DNA of 64,000 nt. It comes from an uncultured Pelagibacteraceae bacterium (lineage in GTDB: Bacteria; Pseudomonadota; Alphaproteobacteria; Pelagibacterales; Pelagibacteraceae). The notes beneath the pieces were generated by a model. That model had not been told where the DNA came from and searched no databases. It worked only from the letters and a program-made list of their open reading frames with translations. The position numbers and the translations under genes were made by a program. This document shows positions 18,109 to 27,729 of this stretch, piece after piece. Every line of letters begins with the position of its first letter. Position 1 is the first letter of the stretch. The DNA lies in the NCBI GenBank assembly GCA_902525355.1, contig CABZGO010000001.1:2641-66640 (forward strand). The letters run 5' to 3'.

Positions 18109-18605
18109 TGAAAAAACTTATACTTTTATTTATTTTTATCGCCTTTAATTCTAATGCAGCTTCAATGAAGATGATTGGGTCTAAGGGTGATCCAAATGAT
18201 GTTACAAGAGTAATCGAAGTAAAGATGTATGACAATTATTATGAGCCAAGTTCAATTCAAGTTAAAAAAGGTGAAACAGTAAAAATAATTGTTAAAAATT
18301 TAGGTGAACTAGTGCATGAATATAATATTGGCACTAAAAAGATGCATATTGATCACCAACCCGAAATGGCAAGATTAATTGAACACGATATTCTTTTAGG
18401 CGACCGAATTGATCATAAAAAAATGAAAGAAATGTCAAAAAAAGATCATTCATTAGGCCACAAACACGCAAATAGTGTAATGCTAGAGCCAAATAAAACA
18501 GGAGAAATTATATGGAAGTTTTCAAAAGATATTTCTTTAGAAATGGCATGTAATATTCCTGGTCACTACGAAAGTGGAATGGTCGGTCCTATAATAATTA
18601 AATAA
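18108..18605 (+). CDS. Secreted cupredoxin-family copper-binding protein (CopI-like)
   Basis: Signal peptide; NLGELVHE; His/Met-rich insert; ACNIPGHYESGM type-1 Cu ligands. Confidence 0.85.
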   Translation: MKKLILLFIFIAFNSNAASMKMIGSKGDPNDVTRVIEVKMYDNYYEPSSIQVKKGETVKIIVKNLGELVHEYNIGTKKMHIDHQPEMARLIEHDILLGDRIDHKKMKEMSKKDHSLGHKHANSVMLEPNKTGEIIWKFSKDISLEMACNIPGHYESGMVGPIIIK

Positions 18606-18653
18606 ATTAGAAAAGTTTGTAGATATTAATTAAAGATATATTATTCTTTAATT

Positions 18654-18989
18654 ATGAGTAATTTAACTGCTTATATAATTTTAATTATTGCAGTTGCACT
18701 TGGTACAGCATCAAATGGTTTTGCAAAAGCAGCAAATGGTTTTACAATTTTTTTACCAAGTGTTTTTACTGCAATAACAATAGTTGCTTGCATGTATACG
18801 CTGTCTTTAGTTATGAAAACTATTCCTGTTGGCGTAACTTACGCTTCATTTGCAGGCTTATGTATAATAGCTACTTCAGTTGTGGGAATTTACAAATTTA
18901 ATCAAATTCCTGACTTTTTTACAATTATAGGTCTCATATTAATTATATCTGGTGTTTTAATTGTTAATTTAGTTGGAAAATCAAATTAA
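18654..18989 (+). CDS. SMR/DMT family 4-TM transporter
   Basis: 111 aa, 4 TM; KTIPVGVTYASFAG, GLILIISGVL. Confidence 0.8.
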   Translation: MSNLTAYIILIIAVALGTASNGFAKAANGFTIFLPSVFTAITIVACMYTLSLVMKTIPVGVTYASFAGLCIIATSVVGIYKFNQIPDFFTIIGLILIISGVLIVNLVGKSN

Positions 18990-18992
18990 ATT

Positions 18993-19337
18993 TTAAAGTT
19001 CGTCTGGCAGATCATGCTTACCATCATCTTTTAAATCAATATTATATTGTTTAACTACAAAATCTAAATCTAGATCTGAGTATAAATGTGGAAACATGTT
19101 ACCATCAGTTGATTGCTCCCAAACTAGGTTTTTTAATTTTAGAGCATCCACTTTAAGAATCATTAAGTTAGTTTGATTAAGATAAAACTTATTTAATGTT
19201 TTTCTGACCTGATCTTTATCTGAAAAATGGATATAACCATCTTTCAAATCTAATGCAGTGCCTTTAAAAATATTATTTTGTTTTGCTTCACTCCACTCAG
19301 ACTTTGTACATATCTTGTAAACAAAATCAAAATTCAT
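18993..19337 (-). CDS. DUF952 protein
   Basis: VYKI, DLKDGYIHFS, FPHLY. Confidence 0.9.
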   Translation of the reverse strand: MNFDFVYKICTKSEWSEAKQNNIFKGTALDLKDGYIHFSDKDQVRKTLNKFYLNQTNLMILKVDALKLKNLVWEQSTDGNMFPHLYSDLDLDFVVKQYNIDLKDDGKHDLPDEL

Positions 19338-19338
19338 T

Positions 19339-19731
19339 TTATTTCAAAAAGTCGTCTACTTCTACTTGATAACCTTCAACTAAACGATTCGTTTCATTTG
19401 CCATCCCGACAATTGCGATCATTTCGTTTATCATTCCGTCTGTAGCACCTTTTTTTCTGGCAGCTAACGAATGAGATTTAATACAATATTCACAATTGTT
19501 AGTAATTGAGACTGCAACATAAATAAGCTCCTTTACAGCAGGATCTAATTCACCTTTTGCCATTACTTGTTGTAATGATCTCCAGGTTCTTTCTAATGTT
19601 TCTGGACTATTAGCCATAGTTTTCCAAAAATTTGGAATTTTAGTTATTTGTCGGGCTTCTTTTATTTCATCAAAAATTTCTTTTACTTTACCAGTAGCCT
19701 CATTTTCAGAAATTTTTTTAAATATTGTCAT
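19339..19731 (-). CDS. AhpD/carboxymuconolactone decarboxylase family protein
   Basis: KELIYVAVSITNNCEYCIKSH. Confidence 0.88.
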   Translation of the reverse strand: MTIFKKISENEATGKVKEIFDEIKEARQITKIPNFWKTMANSPETLERTWRSLQQVMAKGELDPAVKELIYVAVSITNNCEYCIKSHSLAARKKGATDGMINEMIAIVGMANETNRLVEGYQVEVDDFLK

Positions 19732-19743
19732 AGTTTTCTCCTT

Positions 19744-21423
19744 TTAGTTATATATTGATTCAATTTTTGGCATTAATTTTAGTAGTTCCTTAGTATAATT
19801 ATGTTTAGGATTTTTAAACAGCTCTTCTGTTTCGGATACTTCACATAATTTTCCGTCTTTAAGTACAGCTATCTTTTCACACATTTGTCTAACAACCGGT
19901 AAATCATGGCTTATAAATAAAATAGTGAGATTTAACTGTTCTTGAAGATCTTTTAATAAGTTTAATATTTGTGCTTGAATGCTCACGTCTAATGCTGATG
20001 TAGGTTCATCACAAACAAGAAGTCTTGGTTGGGTTGCTAGTGCCCTTGCTATTGATATTCTTTGCCTTTGTCCCCCTGAAAATTCATGCGGATATCTAAT
20101 TGCAGACTGTTGAGTTAATTCAACCGATTCTAACAAATCATGAATATAGCTATCTAAATCCCCAGATTTTATATCCGGATTATGAAGTCTAATAGGTTCT
20201 GCAATAATTTCCTTTACTTTTAGTCTTCCATTTAGAGAGGAAAATGGATCCTGAAAGATCATTTGAATTTGTTTTCTAAATTTAAGTAGGTCTTTGTTTT
20301 TATTAATTTTGGTAATATTAACACTGTCAAAATAAATATCTCCAGAACTAGGTTTAAACAAATTAACAACCATTTTTGCTATTGTAGTTTTGCCACTCCC
20401 ACTCTCACCAACTAAACCAAAGGATTGTCCTTCTTTTATATTTAGCGAGACATCATCTACAGCCATTACAGAATTCTTTGTATTCTCTGTAAAAAAACTA
20501 TCATCAAAAGATTTACTCAAGTTTTTTATTTCTATTAAATTTTGGTCAACAATTATCTTTTTGGACCATCTGTTTAATATTTTAATGTTATTATTTTTAT
20601 TCACATTCTCTTTTTCAATTATTGTAAATCTAGATATTTTTTTATTAGTCGGTGGTACGGAGCTAACTAAACTTTTTGTGTATTTTTCCTTAGGTTCAAC
20701 CAATATCTGTTTGGTTAAACCTATCTCAACTAAGTCTCCATTTTTCATTACAGCTACTCTATCTGTAGTTTCGGCAATAACTCCCATATCATGAGTAATA
20801 AGTATTACAGCTAAGTTTCTCTCTTTTGTTAATCTTTTAATTAATTCAAGAATTTGAGACTGAATAGAAACGTCAAGTGCTGTTGTTGGTTCATCTGCAA
20901 TTAATAATTCTGGCTCACAACATAAAGCAAGAGAAATCACTACTCTTTGTCTCATCCCACCAGAAAATTGGTGAGGGTAATTATAAAACCTTTTTTCAGC
21001 ATCTTTGATCCCTACCTCTTTTAATAGATTAATTGCTTTATTTTTTGCATCTTCTGAACTTAAGTTTAAATGAGTTTGTATTGTTTCTATAAGCTGTTCA
21101 CCGATTGTTAAAATCGGATTCAAAGAGGTTTGAGGGTCTTGAAATATTAATCCAATTTTTTTTCCTCTATACTGAACAATAGTCTCTGGATTTTCGCTGA
21201 TATTTGTTTCTCCCATCAATATTGATCCACTTGAAACTTTACCTGGTTCATCAATTAAATTTACGATGGCATTAGCGACAGTACTTTTTCCAGAACCAGA
21301 CTCACCGACTAATCCAACAATTTCCCCCTTTTTTATGTCTATATTTATATTTTTTGCAGCATTTACAGTTTCTTTTCTCATTTTATAATCGACACTCAAA
21401 TTACTTATTTTTAGAAAAGTCAT
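19744..21423 (-). CDS. Dipeptide/oligopeptide ABC ATPase, fused two-domain
   Basis: Two GESGSGK(S/T)T Walker A motifs; YPHQFSGGMRQR and YPHEFSGGQRQR. Confidence 0.93.
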   Translation of the reverse strand: MTFLKISNLSVDYKMRKETVNAAKNINIDIKKGEIVGLVGESGSGKSTVANAIVNLIDEPGKVSSGSILMGETNISENPETIVQYRGKKIGLIFQDPQTSLNPILTIGEQLIETIQTHLNLSSEDAKNKAINLLKEVGIKDAEKRFYNYPHQFSGGMRQRVVISLALCCEPELLIADEPTTALDVSIQSQILELIKRLTKERNLAVILITHDMGVIAETTDRVAVMKNGDLVEIGLTKQILVEPKEKYTKSLVSSVPPTNKKISRFTIIEKENVNKNNNIKILNRWSKKIIVDQNLIEIKNLSKSFDDSFFTENTKNSVMAVDDVSLNIKEGQSFGLVGESGSGKTTIAKMVVNLFKPSSGDIYFDSVNITKINKNKDLLKFRKQIQMIFQDPFSSLNGRLKVKEIIAEPIRLHNPDIKSGDLDSYIHDLLESVELTQQSAIRYPHEFSGGQRQRISIARALATQPRLLVCDEPTSALDVSIQAQILNLLKDLQEQLNLTILFISHDLPVVRQMCEKIAVLKDGKLCEVSETEELFKNPKHNYTKELLKLMPKIESIYN

Positions 21424-22358
21424 TTTTTTAACCTCGGGTTAAGCGTATCTCTCATCCAATCTCCTAATAAATTAATTGAGAAAGCAAGAATAACTAAGAA
21501 TATTGCTGGAAAGAATGTTATCCACCATTCACCTGAAAATAAAAAATCATTTCCTAATCTAATTAAAGTACCTAATGAAGGTGTTGTAGGAGGAACGCCC
21601 ACTCCTAAAAAACTTAATGTTGACTCTGCAATTATAGCAAGAGCTAGACCAATTGTGCCTATTACCAAAACAGGTCTCATTATATTTGGCAGTATATGCT
21701 TAAACATAATAAGTAAATTTGAAACGCCAATAATTGATGAAGCTGAAACATAATCTTTATTTTTTTCTACCAAAGTTGCTGCACGAGAAACTCTTGCAAA
21801 TTGAGGCCACTCTGAAATTCCTATAGCAAAAATTAAAACATATATTGCCATCTCATCATGCATTTCTCTAGAAATTATACCTCTCGCAATACCATCAACT
21901 AATAGAGCCATTAATATACTTGGAACTGTTAGCTGAACATCTGTTAATCTCATCACTATCATTTCATATTTTCCACCAAAGTAACCTGCTGTTAAACCTA
22001 GGGAGACACCTAAAATTAAACTAAAAATAATTGCTGAAAATCCAACTATTAATGAAATTCGTGAACCATAAAGTATTGTGGAAAGCATATCTCTTCCTTG
22101 TCCATCTGTACCTAAGATAAATTTTGCCATACCATCCTCTGTCCATGATGGGGGTGTAAATGCTTCCATTAATGAGAGGGATGCTGGGTCAAATGGATTA
22201 TGTGGTGTCACAAATTCAACAAAAAAAGAGCAAAAGAAAATTATTAATAATATTATAGAAGATACGATTGCAGTTGGAGATTTTATAAAACTGAAATAAA
22301 TATCACTATCTTTAAATTTTTCCCAAGAATTTAATGCTCTATTATCCACTAGTAACAT
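21420..22358 (-). CDS. dppC: Dpp/Opp ABC permease (DppC-like)
   Basis: LGTDGQGRD, GSRISL, HILPN, LSFLGVG. Confidence 0.88.
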   Translation of the reverse strand: MLLVDNRALNSWEKFKDSDIYFSFIKSPTAIVSSIILLIIFFCSFFVEFVTPHNPFDPASLSLMEAFTPPSWTEDGMAKFILGTDGQGRDMLSTILYGSRISLIVGFSAIIFSLILGVSLGLTAGYFGGKYEMIVMRLTDVQLTVPSILMALLVDGIARGIISREMHDEMAIYVLIFAIGISEWPQFARVSRAATLVEKNKDYVSASSIIGVSNLLIMFKHILPNIMRPVLVIGTIGLALAIIAESTLSFLGVGVPPTTPSLGTLIRLGNDFLFSGEWWITFFPAIFLVILAFSINLLGDWMRDTLNPRLKK

Positions 22359-23325
22359 CTCCTTTAACTCTTATTCTTGGATCAATAAAATAATACAAAA
22401 TATCTACTATAAAATTTATCATCACAAAAACAAAAGCTATAAAAACCAAATAAGCTGACATGATTGGAATATCTACAAATTGAACTGCTTGAATAAAAAG
22501 AAAACCCATGCCGGGCCATTGAAATACTGTTTCGGTAATTATTGAGAAAGCGACTAAAGTTCCAATATTTATTCCAGCAATAGTAATTACAGGGATTAAT
22601 CCATTTTTTAATGCATGTTTATAATTTATACTTTTTTCACTTATTCCTCTTGCTCTAGCAAATTTTATATAATCCGTTTGTAAGATTTCCATCATCTCAG
22701 CTCTTACTAGCCTAATTATATAAGTCATTTGAAAAAGGCTGAGTGTTACAGATGGAAGTATAATTGCTTTCAACCCTGAAACAGTTAAAAGTCCAGTAGT
22801 CCAAAAGCCTATGTCAATAACCTCTCCTCTTCCAAAGGATGGGAGAACACCTAATATGACTGCAAAAAGGTAAATAAATAATATTCCAATCACAAATGTT
22901 GGAAGTGATACACCTAAAAGAGATACCGCTAGTATAAAGTCACTCAAAAAGCCTTTTCTATTAATACCTGTATAAACTCCCAATAAAGTGCCTGAAACTA
23001 ACGCAATTAACGCAGAAATTAATACTAGCTCTATAGTTGCTGGCAGTCTTTCAATAATTAATTCAGAAACTGGTCTCCTAAGTTGGTATGAAATTCCAAA
23101 CTCACCTTTGGATGCGTTTACTACAAACCTTGAAAATTGAATATGTATTGGATCTGTTAATCCAAGGGTTTCCCTTAATTCAGCTCTTTCTTCGTCTGAA
23201 GTTTCTTCACCTACCATGTTGTTAATTGGATCGCCCACAAAGTTAAATAAAGAAAACGAAACAAATGACACGACAAGCATCACTATTACTGACTGAATCA
23301 GACGTTTGAAAAAATACTTTATCAA
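22342..23325 (-). CDS. dppB: Dpp/Opp ABC permease (DppB-like)
   Basis: RLPATIEL, DYIKFARARG, ETVFQWPGMG, IDPRI. Confidence 0.88.
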   Translation of the reverse strand: MIKYFFKRLIQSVIVMLVVSFVSFSLFNFVGDPINNMVGEETSDEERAELRETLGLTDPIHIQFSRFVVNASKGEFGISYQLRRPVSELIIERLPATIELVLISALIALVSGTLLGVYTGINRKGFLSDFILAVSLLGVSLPTFVIGILFIYLFAVILGVLPSFGRGEVIDIGFWTTGLLTVSGLKAIILPSVTLSLFQMTYIIRLVRAEMMEILQTDYIKFARARGISEKSINYKHALKNGLIPVITIAGINIGTLVAFSIITETVFQWPGMGFLFIQAVQFVDIPIMSAYLVFIAFVFVMINFIVDILYYFIDPRIRVKGDVTSG

Positions 23326-23343
23326 TTTAAGAAATTTTTATAC

Positions 23344-23376
23344 TTATAAGCCCTTTGTTTAACAAAGGGCTTATAA
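23344..23376 (-). terminator. Perfect stem-loop after DppA-like gene
   Basis: ttataagccctttgtt-t-aacaaagggcttataa. Confidence 0.75.
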
Positions 23377-23385
23377 AAAAGTTAT

Positions 23386-24948
23386 TTATTTAAAACTTGC
23401 AAAACGGAATAATGGTTCATTATTCGGTCTTATTGGAACATCTACATTATTTTTAGTTGCCCAAGAAATTACTTGGTGATGTAAAGGAAGATATGAAATA
23501 TCATCTTTTACAATTTTCCAAGCATTTGCAATAGCTGCATTTCTTTTGTCTAAGTCAACTTCACCTTCCATAACTCTTATAGCAGCATCAACTTCGCTGT
23601 TGCTAAAGTTTACTTTATTCCAGCTAGCACCTGACTCATACAGATAATGGAAAACATAATGACTATCTAGTGTTGGAACTCCCCATCCTAGCATATAGAA
23701 ATCACCTTTATCTTCTTTTAATTCCTTAAAATGCTTACTTTTGGTCTGAGCGAATAGATTAACATTTACGCCGATTTTGCCTAACATTCCAACTACTGCA
23801 GTACAAATTGCTTCATCATTTACATATCTATCGTTAGGGCATCTTAGTTCAACATCAAAACCTTTTGGATATCCTGCGTCAGCTAACAATTTTTTCGCAG
23901 CGTCAACATCATAAGGCAATCTTTTATCAAGATCTTTTGTGTATCCATTTACACCAGGAAAAGTTATGATACCCGCAGGCTCGCTAAGACCTCTCATTAC
24001 TTTTTTCTTTATTGCCTCTATATCTATTGCTTGATAAAGGGCTTGTCTTACTTCTTTTTTCTTAAATGGATTATCACCAGTATTTCCAGATCTTAATTTA
24101 TCTACTGCTTGGTCCATACCTAAAAAGATTGTACGCATTTGAGCAGTACTCACTACATCATGATCTGCAGAATTTCCAATTCTAGCTAAGTCTTGAACTG
24201 GAGCGTCAGTTACTAAATCAACCTCACCAGATAGTAATGCTGCAACTCTTGTAGCTGAGTTTTTAATTGGTAATAGGTGTATCTCACTAACACTATTATC
24301 TTTCATTGAACCCCACCAATTACTATTTCTCTCAAATACTGTCTTAGTATTTGGCTCTCTTAGAGTAATTTTGAATGGTCCAGTTCCCATTGCATTAGTT
24401 GCTGAGAATGTTTCTTCTCCACCATCCCAGTTTTGTGAAACTGTTGCTCCAAAATCAATAGACCATTTTTTAGACATTATAAATATGTTTGATAATTGGT
24501 TTAAAAGAATTGGATTTGGTTTACTTGTAGTCACTTGGACAGTATAGTTATCAATTTCTTTAACATCAGAAATTGTACTTATGTATTCTTTAAAATCTGA
24601 TGTAGGTTGTTTTGCTCTCAAAATACTAAATACAACGTCTTTTGCTGTCATATCTGTACCATCAGAAAATTTTACATCTTTTCTTAAATTAAAAACCCAA
24701 TTATTTGGATCTGTTGTTTTCCAATCTGTAGCAAGCTGAGGTTCAATACTCATATCTAGACCTCTTGTTACAAGTGCTTCATAGACTTGTCTTGAAACTT
24801 GTGTTGTTGGACCTTCATTTTGTGCATGAGGATCCAAAGTTAAACTATCACCTTGCATAGACCATTTTATTGTTTTCGCGTATGAATGTGTTGCTACAAA
24901 AACAAAAAAAATTGCAAAGAAAATTTTAACAAAATTTTTAAATTTCAT
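23386..24948 (-). CDS. dppA: Family-5 (Dpp/Opp) solute-binding protein
   Basis: Signal peptide; TLDPH, LRKDVKFSDG, GTGPF, CPNDRYVNDEAIC. Confidence 0.88.
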   Translation of the reverse strand: MKFKNFVKIFFAIFFVFVATHSYAKTIKWSMQGDSLTLDPHAQNEGPTTQVSRQVYEALVTRGLDMSIEPQLATDWKTTDPNNWVFNLRKDVKFSDGTDMTAKDVVFSILRAKQPTSDFKEYISTISDVKEIDNYTVQVTTSKPNPILLNQLSNIFIMSKKWSIDFGATVSQNWDGGEETFSATNAMGTGPFKITLREPNTKTVFERNSNWWGSMKDNSVSEIHLLPIKNSATRVAALLSGEVDLVTDAPVQDLARIGNSADHDVVSTAQMRTIFLGMDQAVDKLRSGNTGDNPFKKKEVRQALYQAIDIEAIKKKVMRGLSEPAGIITFPGVNGYTKDLDKRLPYDVDAAKKLLADAGYPKGFDVELRCPNDRYVNDEAICTAVVGMLGKIGVNVNLFAQTKSKHFKELKEDKGDFYMLGWGVPTLDSHYVFHYLYESGASWNKVNFSNSEVDAAIRVMEGEVDLDKRNAAIANAWKIVKDDISYLPLHHQVISWATKNNVDVPIRPNNEPLFRFASFK

Positions 24949-25019
24949 TTTTCCTCCTAATTATTACAAATAAAATTAAACCTGATTAATTGGTTAACTA
25001 CAAGGGTAAAATAGGTAAC

Positions 25020-25751
25020 TTAATTGTTATGAATGATATCATTTTTAAACTTTGTATATAAAATTTTTGAGTAATTATTCATATTTGTCATATTTTCTCT
25101 GGCCTCTTTATCAAATTTCTCCAGAGCACCTTGTCCTAATTGCTTTTCCAAAGCCATTTTATATTCTGGCACACACCCCCAATCATTTACAGTAGTATCC
25201 TTAATTTCAATATGAAATTGGATACCATAAGCATGATTTTTGTACCTAAATATTTGGTATTTTGTTTCCTCCGATGATGCAATATGTGTAACATCCTTAT
25301 TATTTTCTAAACTTTGAACCTCATAAGAATGCCATTGTAATGAGGTTAGCTTTTCTGGAAATTGTGAAAAAAGAGTATCGTTTTCTTTTCCTTGTGAGAA
25401 ATTTATATTCATCATTCCTATTTCAGGGTTTTTTGTTCTAACTACACTTCCCCCTATTACTTCTCCTAGTAATTGACAACCAAGACAAAAGCCTAAGTAA
25501 GGTTTTTCTAAATTAACAACAAATTCTCTTATTTTTTTTTTTTCTTCAACTAACCATGGGTATTTTTGTTCCATCCACGTATCCATTGGGCCTCCCATAC
25601 AAAACATTGCATCAAATTTATTTAGATCATTAGGTATTTTTTCTTCTTCATCTAATTGAATAGTCGTTAAATTTACTCCATCTTTTATCATCAAATCTTT
25701 TATATAACCAGGATCTTCAATTTTAATATGTTGAAGAACAATAATTTCCAT
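25020..25751 (-). CDS. Class I glutamine amidotransferase-like protein
   Basis: MGGPM, GFCLGCQ, IQFHIE catalytic triad. Confidence 0.88.
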   Translation of the reverse strand: MEIIVLQHIKIEDPGYIKDLMIKDGVNLTTIQLDEEEKIPNDLNKFDAMFCMGGPMDTWMEQKYPWLVEEKKKIREFVVNLEKPYLGFCLGCQLLGEVIGGSVVRTKNPEIGMMNINFSQGKENDTLFSQFPEKLTSLQWHSYEVQSLENNKDVTHIASSEETKYQIFRYKNHAYGIQFHIEIKDTTVNDWGCVPEYKMALEKQLGQGALEKFDKEARENMTNMNNYSKILYTKFKNDIIHNN

Positions 25752-25753
25752 TA

Positions 25754-26557
25754 TTAAGCTATTGGTTTTAGCAAACTCTGAATTTTGATATGAATACTTT
25801 TATTTGATGATGCAAGAATATTGCCGGCATATTTTGCATCTCTATTATCAATTGTTGAAACAGTTCCACCTGATGCTTTTATAATTGGTATTAAAGGATG
25901 AATATCCCAAATTTTATTACTGCATTGAAATACAACATCAAGCTTACCTTCACAAACCTGTGCGTAAGACAAAGCATCAGAACAAGGAAATTGCATTAAA
26001 TTTAAAAATTTTTTAATTTTTTTTTGTTTATTTAAAGAAATTGCTCCATGTAACCCTGCTGCTAATTTCAAATCTTTATATTTAACATTTTTATTTGCAA
26101 TAATTTTTTTTCTTTTGTTATTTTCAACTATATATGCAACTTTATCAGATTGGTTGTAATAATATTTTTTTAGTATTGGAAAATTAGCCAAGCCAAATAT
26201 TGGATTGCCTTTATAATTTAATGAAATTAAATTACTCCATGTTGGACTTCCAATAACGAAAGATCGAGTTCCATCGATTGGATCAATAACCCATGAAAAG
26301 TCGCTTTTTGATTTTTTATATCCATATTCTTCTCCAATAATTTCATGATCTGGAAACTTTTTATTTATTTTAAACCTAATGAATTTCTCAAATGCTCTAT
26401 CCGCTGTAGTAACAGGATCATATCCTTTGCCCTTGATTTTATTTTGGACTTTAAATTTTTTACTTAACTTGTTGAAATAAAACTTGGAAAGATCTTTGGC
26501 TAACTGGTTTAAAAATCTAGGAAATTCATTATTATTTGGAATACTTTTTTTTTTCAT
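25754..26557 (-). CDS. Inositol monophosphatase family, probable histidinol-phosphatase (HisN-like)
   Basis: DPVTTADR, IGEE, WVIDPIDGTRSF, IWD. Confidence 0.8.
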   Translation of the reverse strand: MKKKSIPNNNEFPRFLNQLAKDLSKFYFNKLSKKFKVQNKIKGKGYDPVTTADRAFEKFIRFKINKKFPDHEIIGEEYGYKKSKSDFSWVIDPIDGTRSFVIGSPTWSNLISLNYKGNPIFGLANFPILKKYYYNQSDKVAYIVENNKRKKIIANKNVKYKDLKLAAGLHGAISLNKQKKIKKFLNLMQFPCSDALSYAQVCEGKLDVVFQCSNKIWDIHPLIPIIKASGGTVSTIDNRDAKYAGNILASSNKSIHIKIQSLLKPIA

Positions 26558-26624
26558 TAAAAGGAATTACTATTTTATTTATCTTGATTAAAGATAAATT
26601 TAAATTATTTTTATAAATTACCTT

Positions 26625-27728
26625 ATGAATATAGAAGTTGAAAAAAACAGAATATTTTTTAACGATGGTAATATTAGACAAGAAATTCACCCTTTCTGGC
26701 TTAGAGAAAGGGTTGAAAATAAAGAATTTTTAGATGAAATCACACAACAAAGATTATTTGATCCCAGCAATTTGCAGACCAATATTTTAATAGAGACAGT
26801 AAAATTAGAAAATAATGAATTAGAAATTAATTTCAATGATGGTGTCAAATCATATCTAAAAGTAAGCAATATTATTGATGAGTATTCCAATCAAAAAATG
26901 GTTATGAACTCCATAGAAAAAGTTAAATGGGTTTCTAACTTAAAGAATTTAAAAAACTTCATTTACAAAGATGATATTAGTGAATCTAAGGAAATGTACG
27001 ATTTGCTTGTTTCTTTTTATCAATATGGATTTGTGATTATTAAAAATGTTCCAACTCAAGATAATTTCATCATAAATTTTGCTAATTCTATCGGGAGCGT
27101 TAGAAGAACAAATTTTGGAGAGTTTTTTAATGTAAGATCAATACCTAATCCTAATGATTTAGCGTACACATCTCATAATTTGGCTCCTCATACAGATAAT
27201 CCTTACAGAATACCAGTGCCATGCATTCAACTTCTTCATTGTATTGAAAATGAAGTGTCTGGTGGACTGTCAACTCTTGTAGACGGTTACACTGTTACCG
27301 AAGATTTAAAAAATGAATTTAAAGATTACTATGAAATTCTTACTAAGATAAAAGTAAAATTTAAATTTATTGATAAGGAAGTCATACTAGAAGATTGGTC
27401 TGAACTTATTAAGTTAGATGAAAAAAAAGAGTTTAAGCAAGTAAGATTTAGTCCTAGATTAGATTATGTGCCAATATTAAATAAAGAGGATTTAGATTTA
27501 TATTATAAAGCAAGGAACAAACTTTCAGAATTTTATAATTCAGATAAATATAGAATAGAATTTAAATTATATCCTGGAGACTTATTAATAATGGATAATT
27601 ATAGATTACTTCACGGAAGAACTAGTTTCGACTCAAATGAAGGAAATAGATTTCTTCAGGGATGCTACATTGATTATGATAGTACAGAAGGAAAAATTAG
27701 ACATCTTAAAAGAAAATTTAATATTTAA
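26625..27728 (+). CDS. TauD/TfdA-family Fe/2OG dioxygenase, gamma-butyrobetaine hydroxylase-like
   Basis: FWLRE N-terminal domain; LAYT..PHTDNPY; DNYRLLHGR. Confidence 0.85.
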   Translation: MNIEVEKNRIFFNDGNIRQEIHPFWLRERVENKEFLDEITQQRLFDPSNLQTNILIETVKLENNELEINFNDGVKSYLKVSNIIDEYSNQKMVMNSIEKVKWVSNLKNLKNFIYKDDISESKEMYDLLVSFYQYGFVIIKNVPTQDNFIINFANSIGSVRRTNFGEFFNVRSIPNPNDLAYTSHNLAPHTDNPYRIPVPCIQLLHCIENEVSGGLSTLVDGYTVTEDLKNEFKDYYEILTKIKVKFKFIDKEVILEDWSELIKLDEKKEFKQVRFSPRLDYVPILNKEDLDLYYKARNKLSEFYNSDKYRIEFKLYPGDLLIMDNYRLLHGRTSFDSNEGNRFLQGCYIDYDSTEGKIRHLKRKFNI

Positions 27729-27729
27729 C

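Noticed and set aside
14876-18989. Small-gene array as an integron cassette array or prophage remnant
   Set aside because: No integrase, no attC-like repeats (most gaps are 0-50 bp) and no phage hallmark genes.
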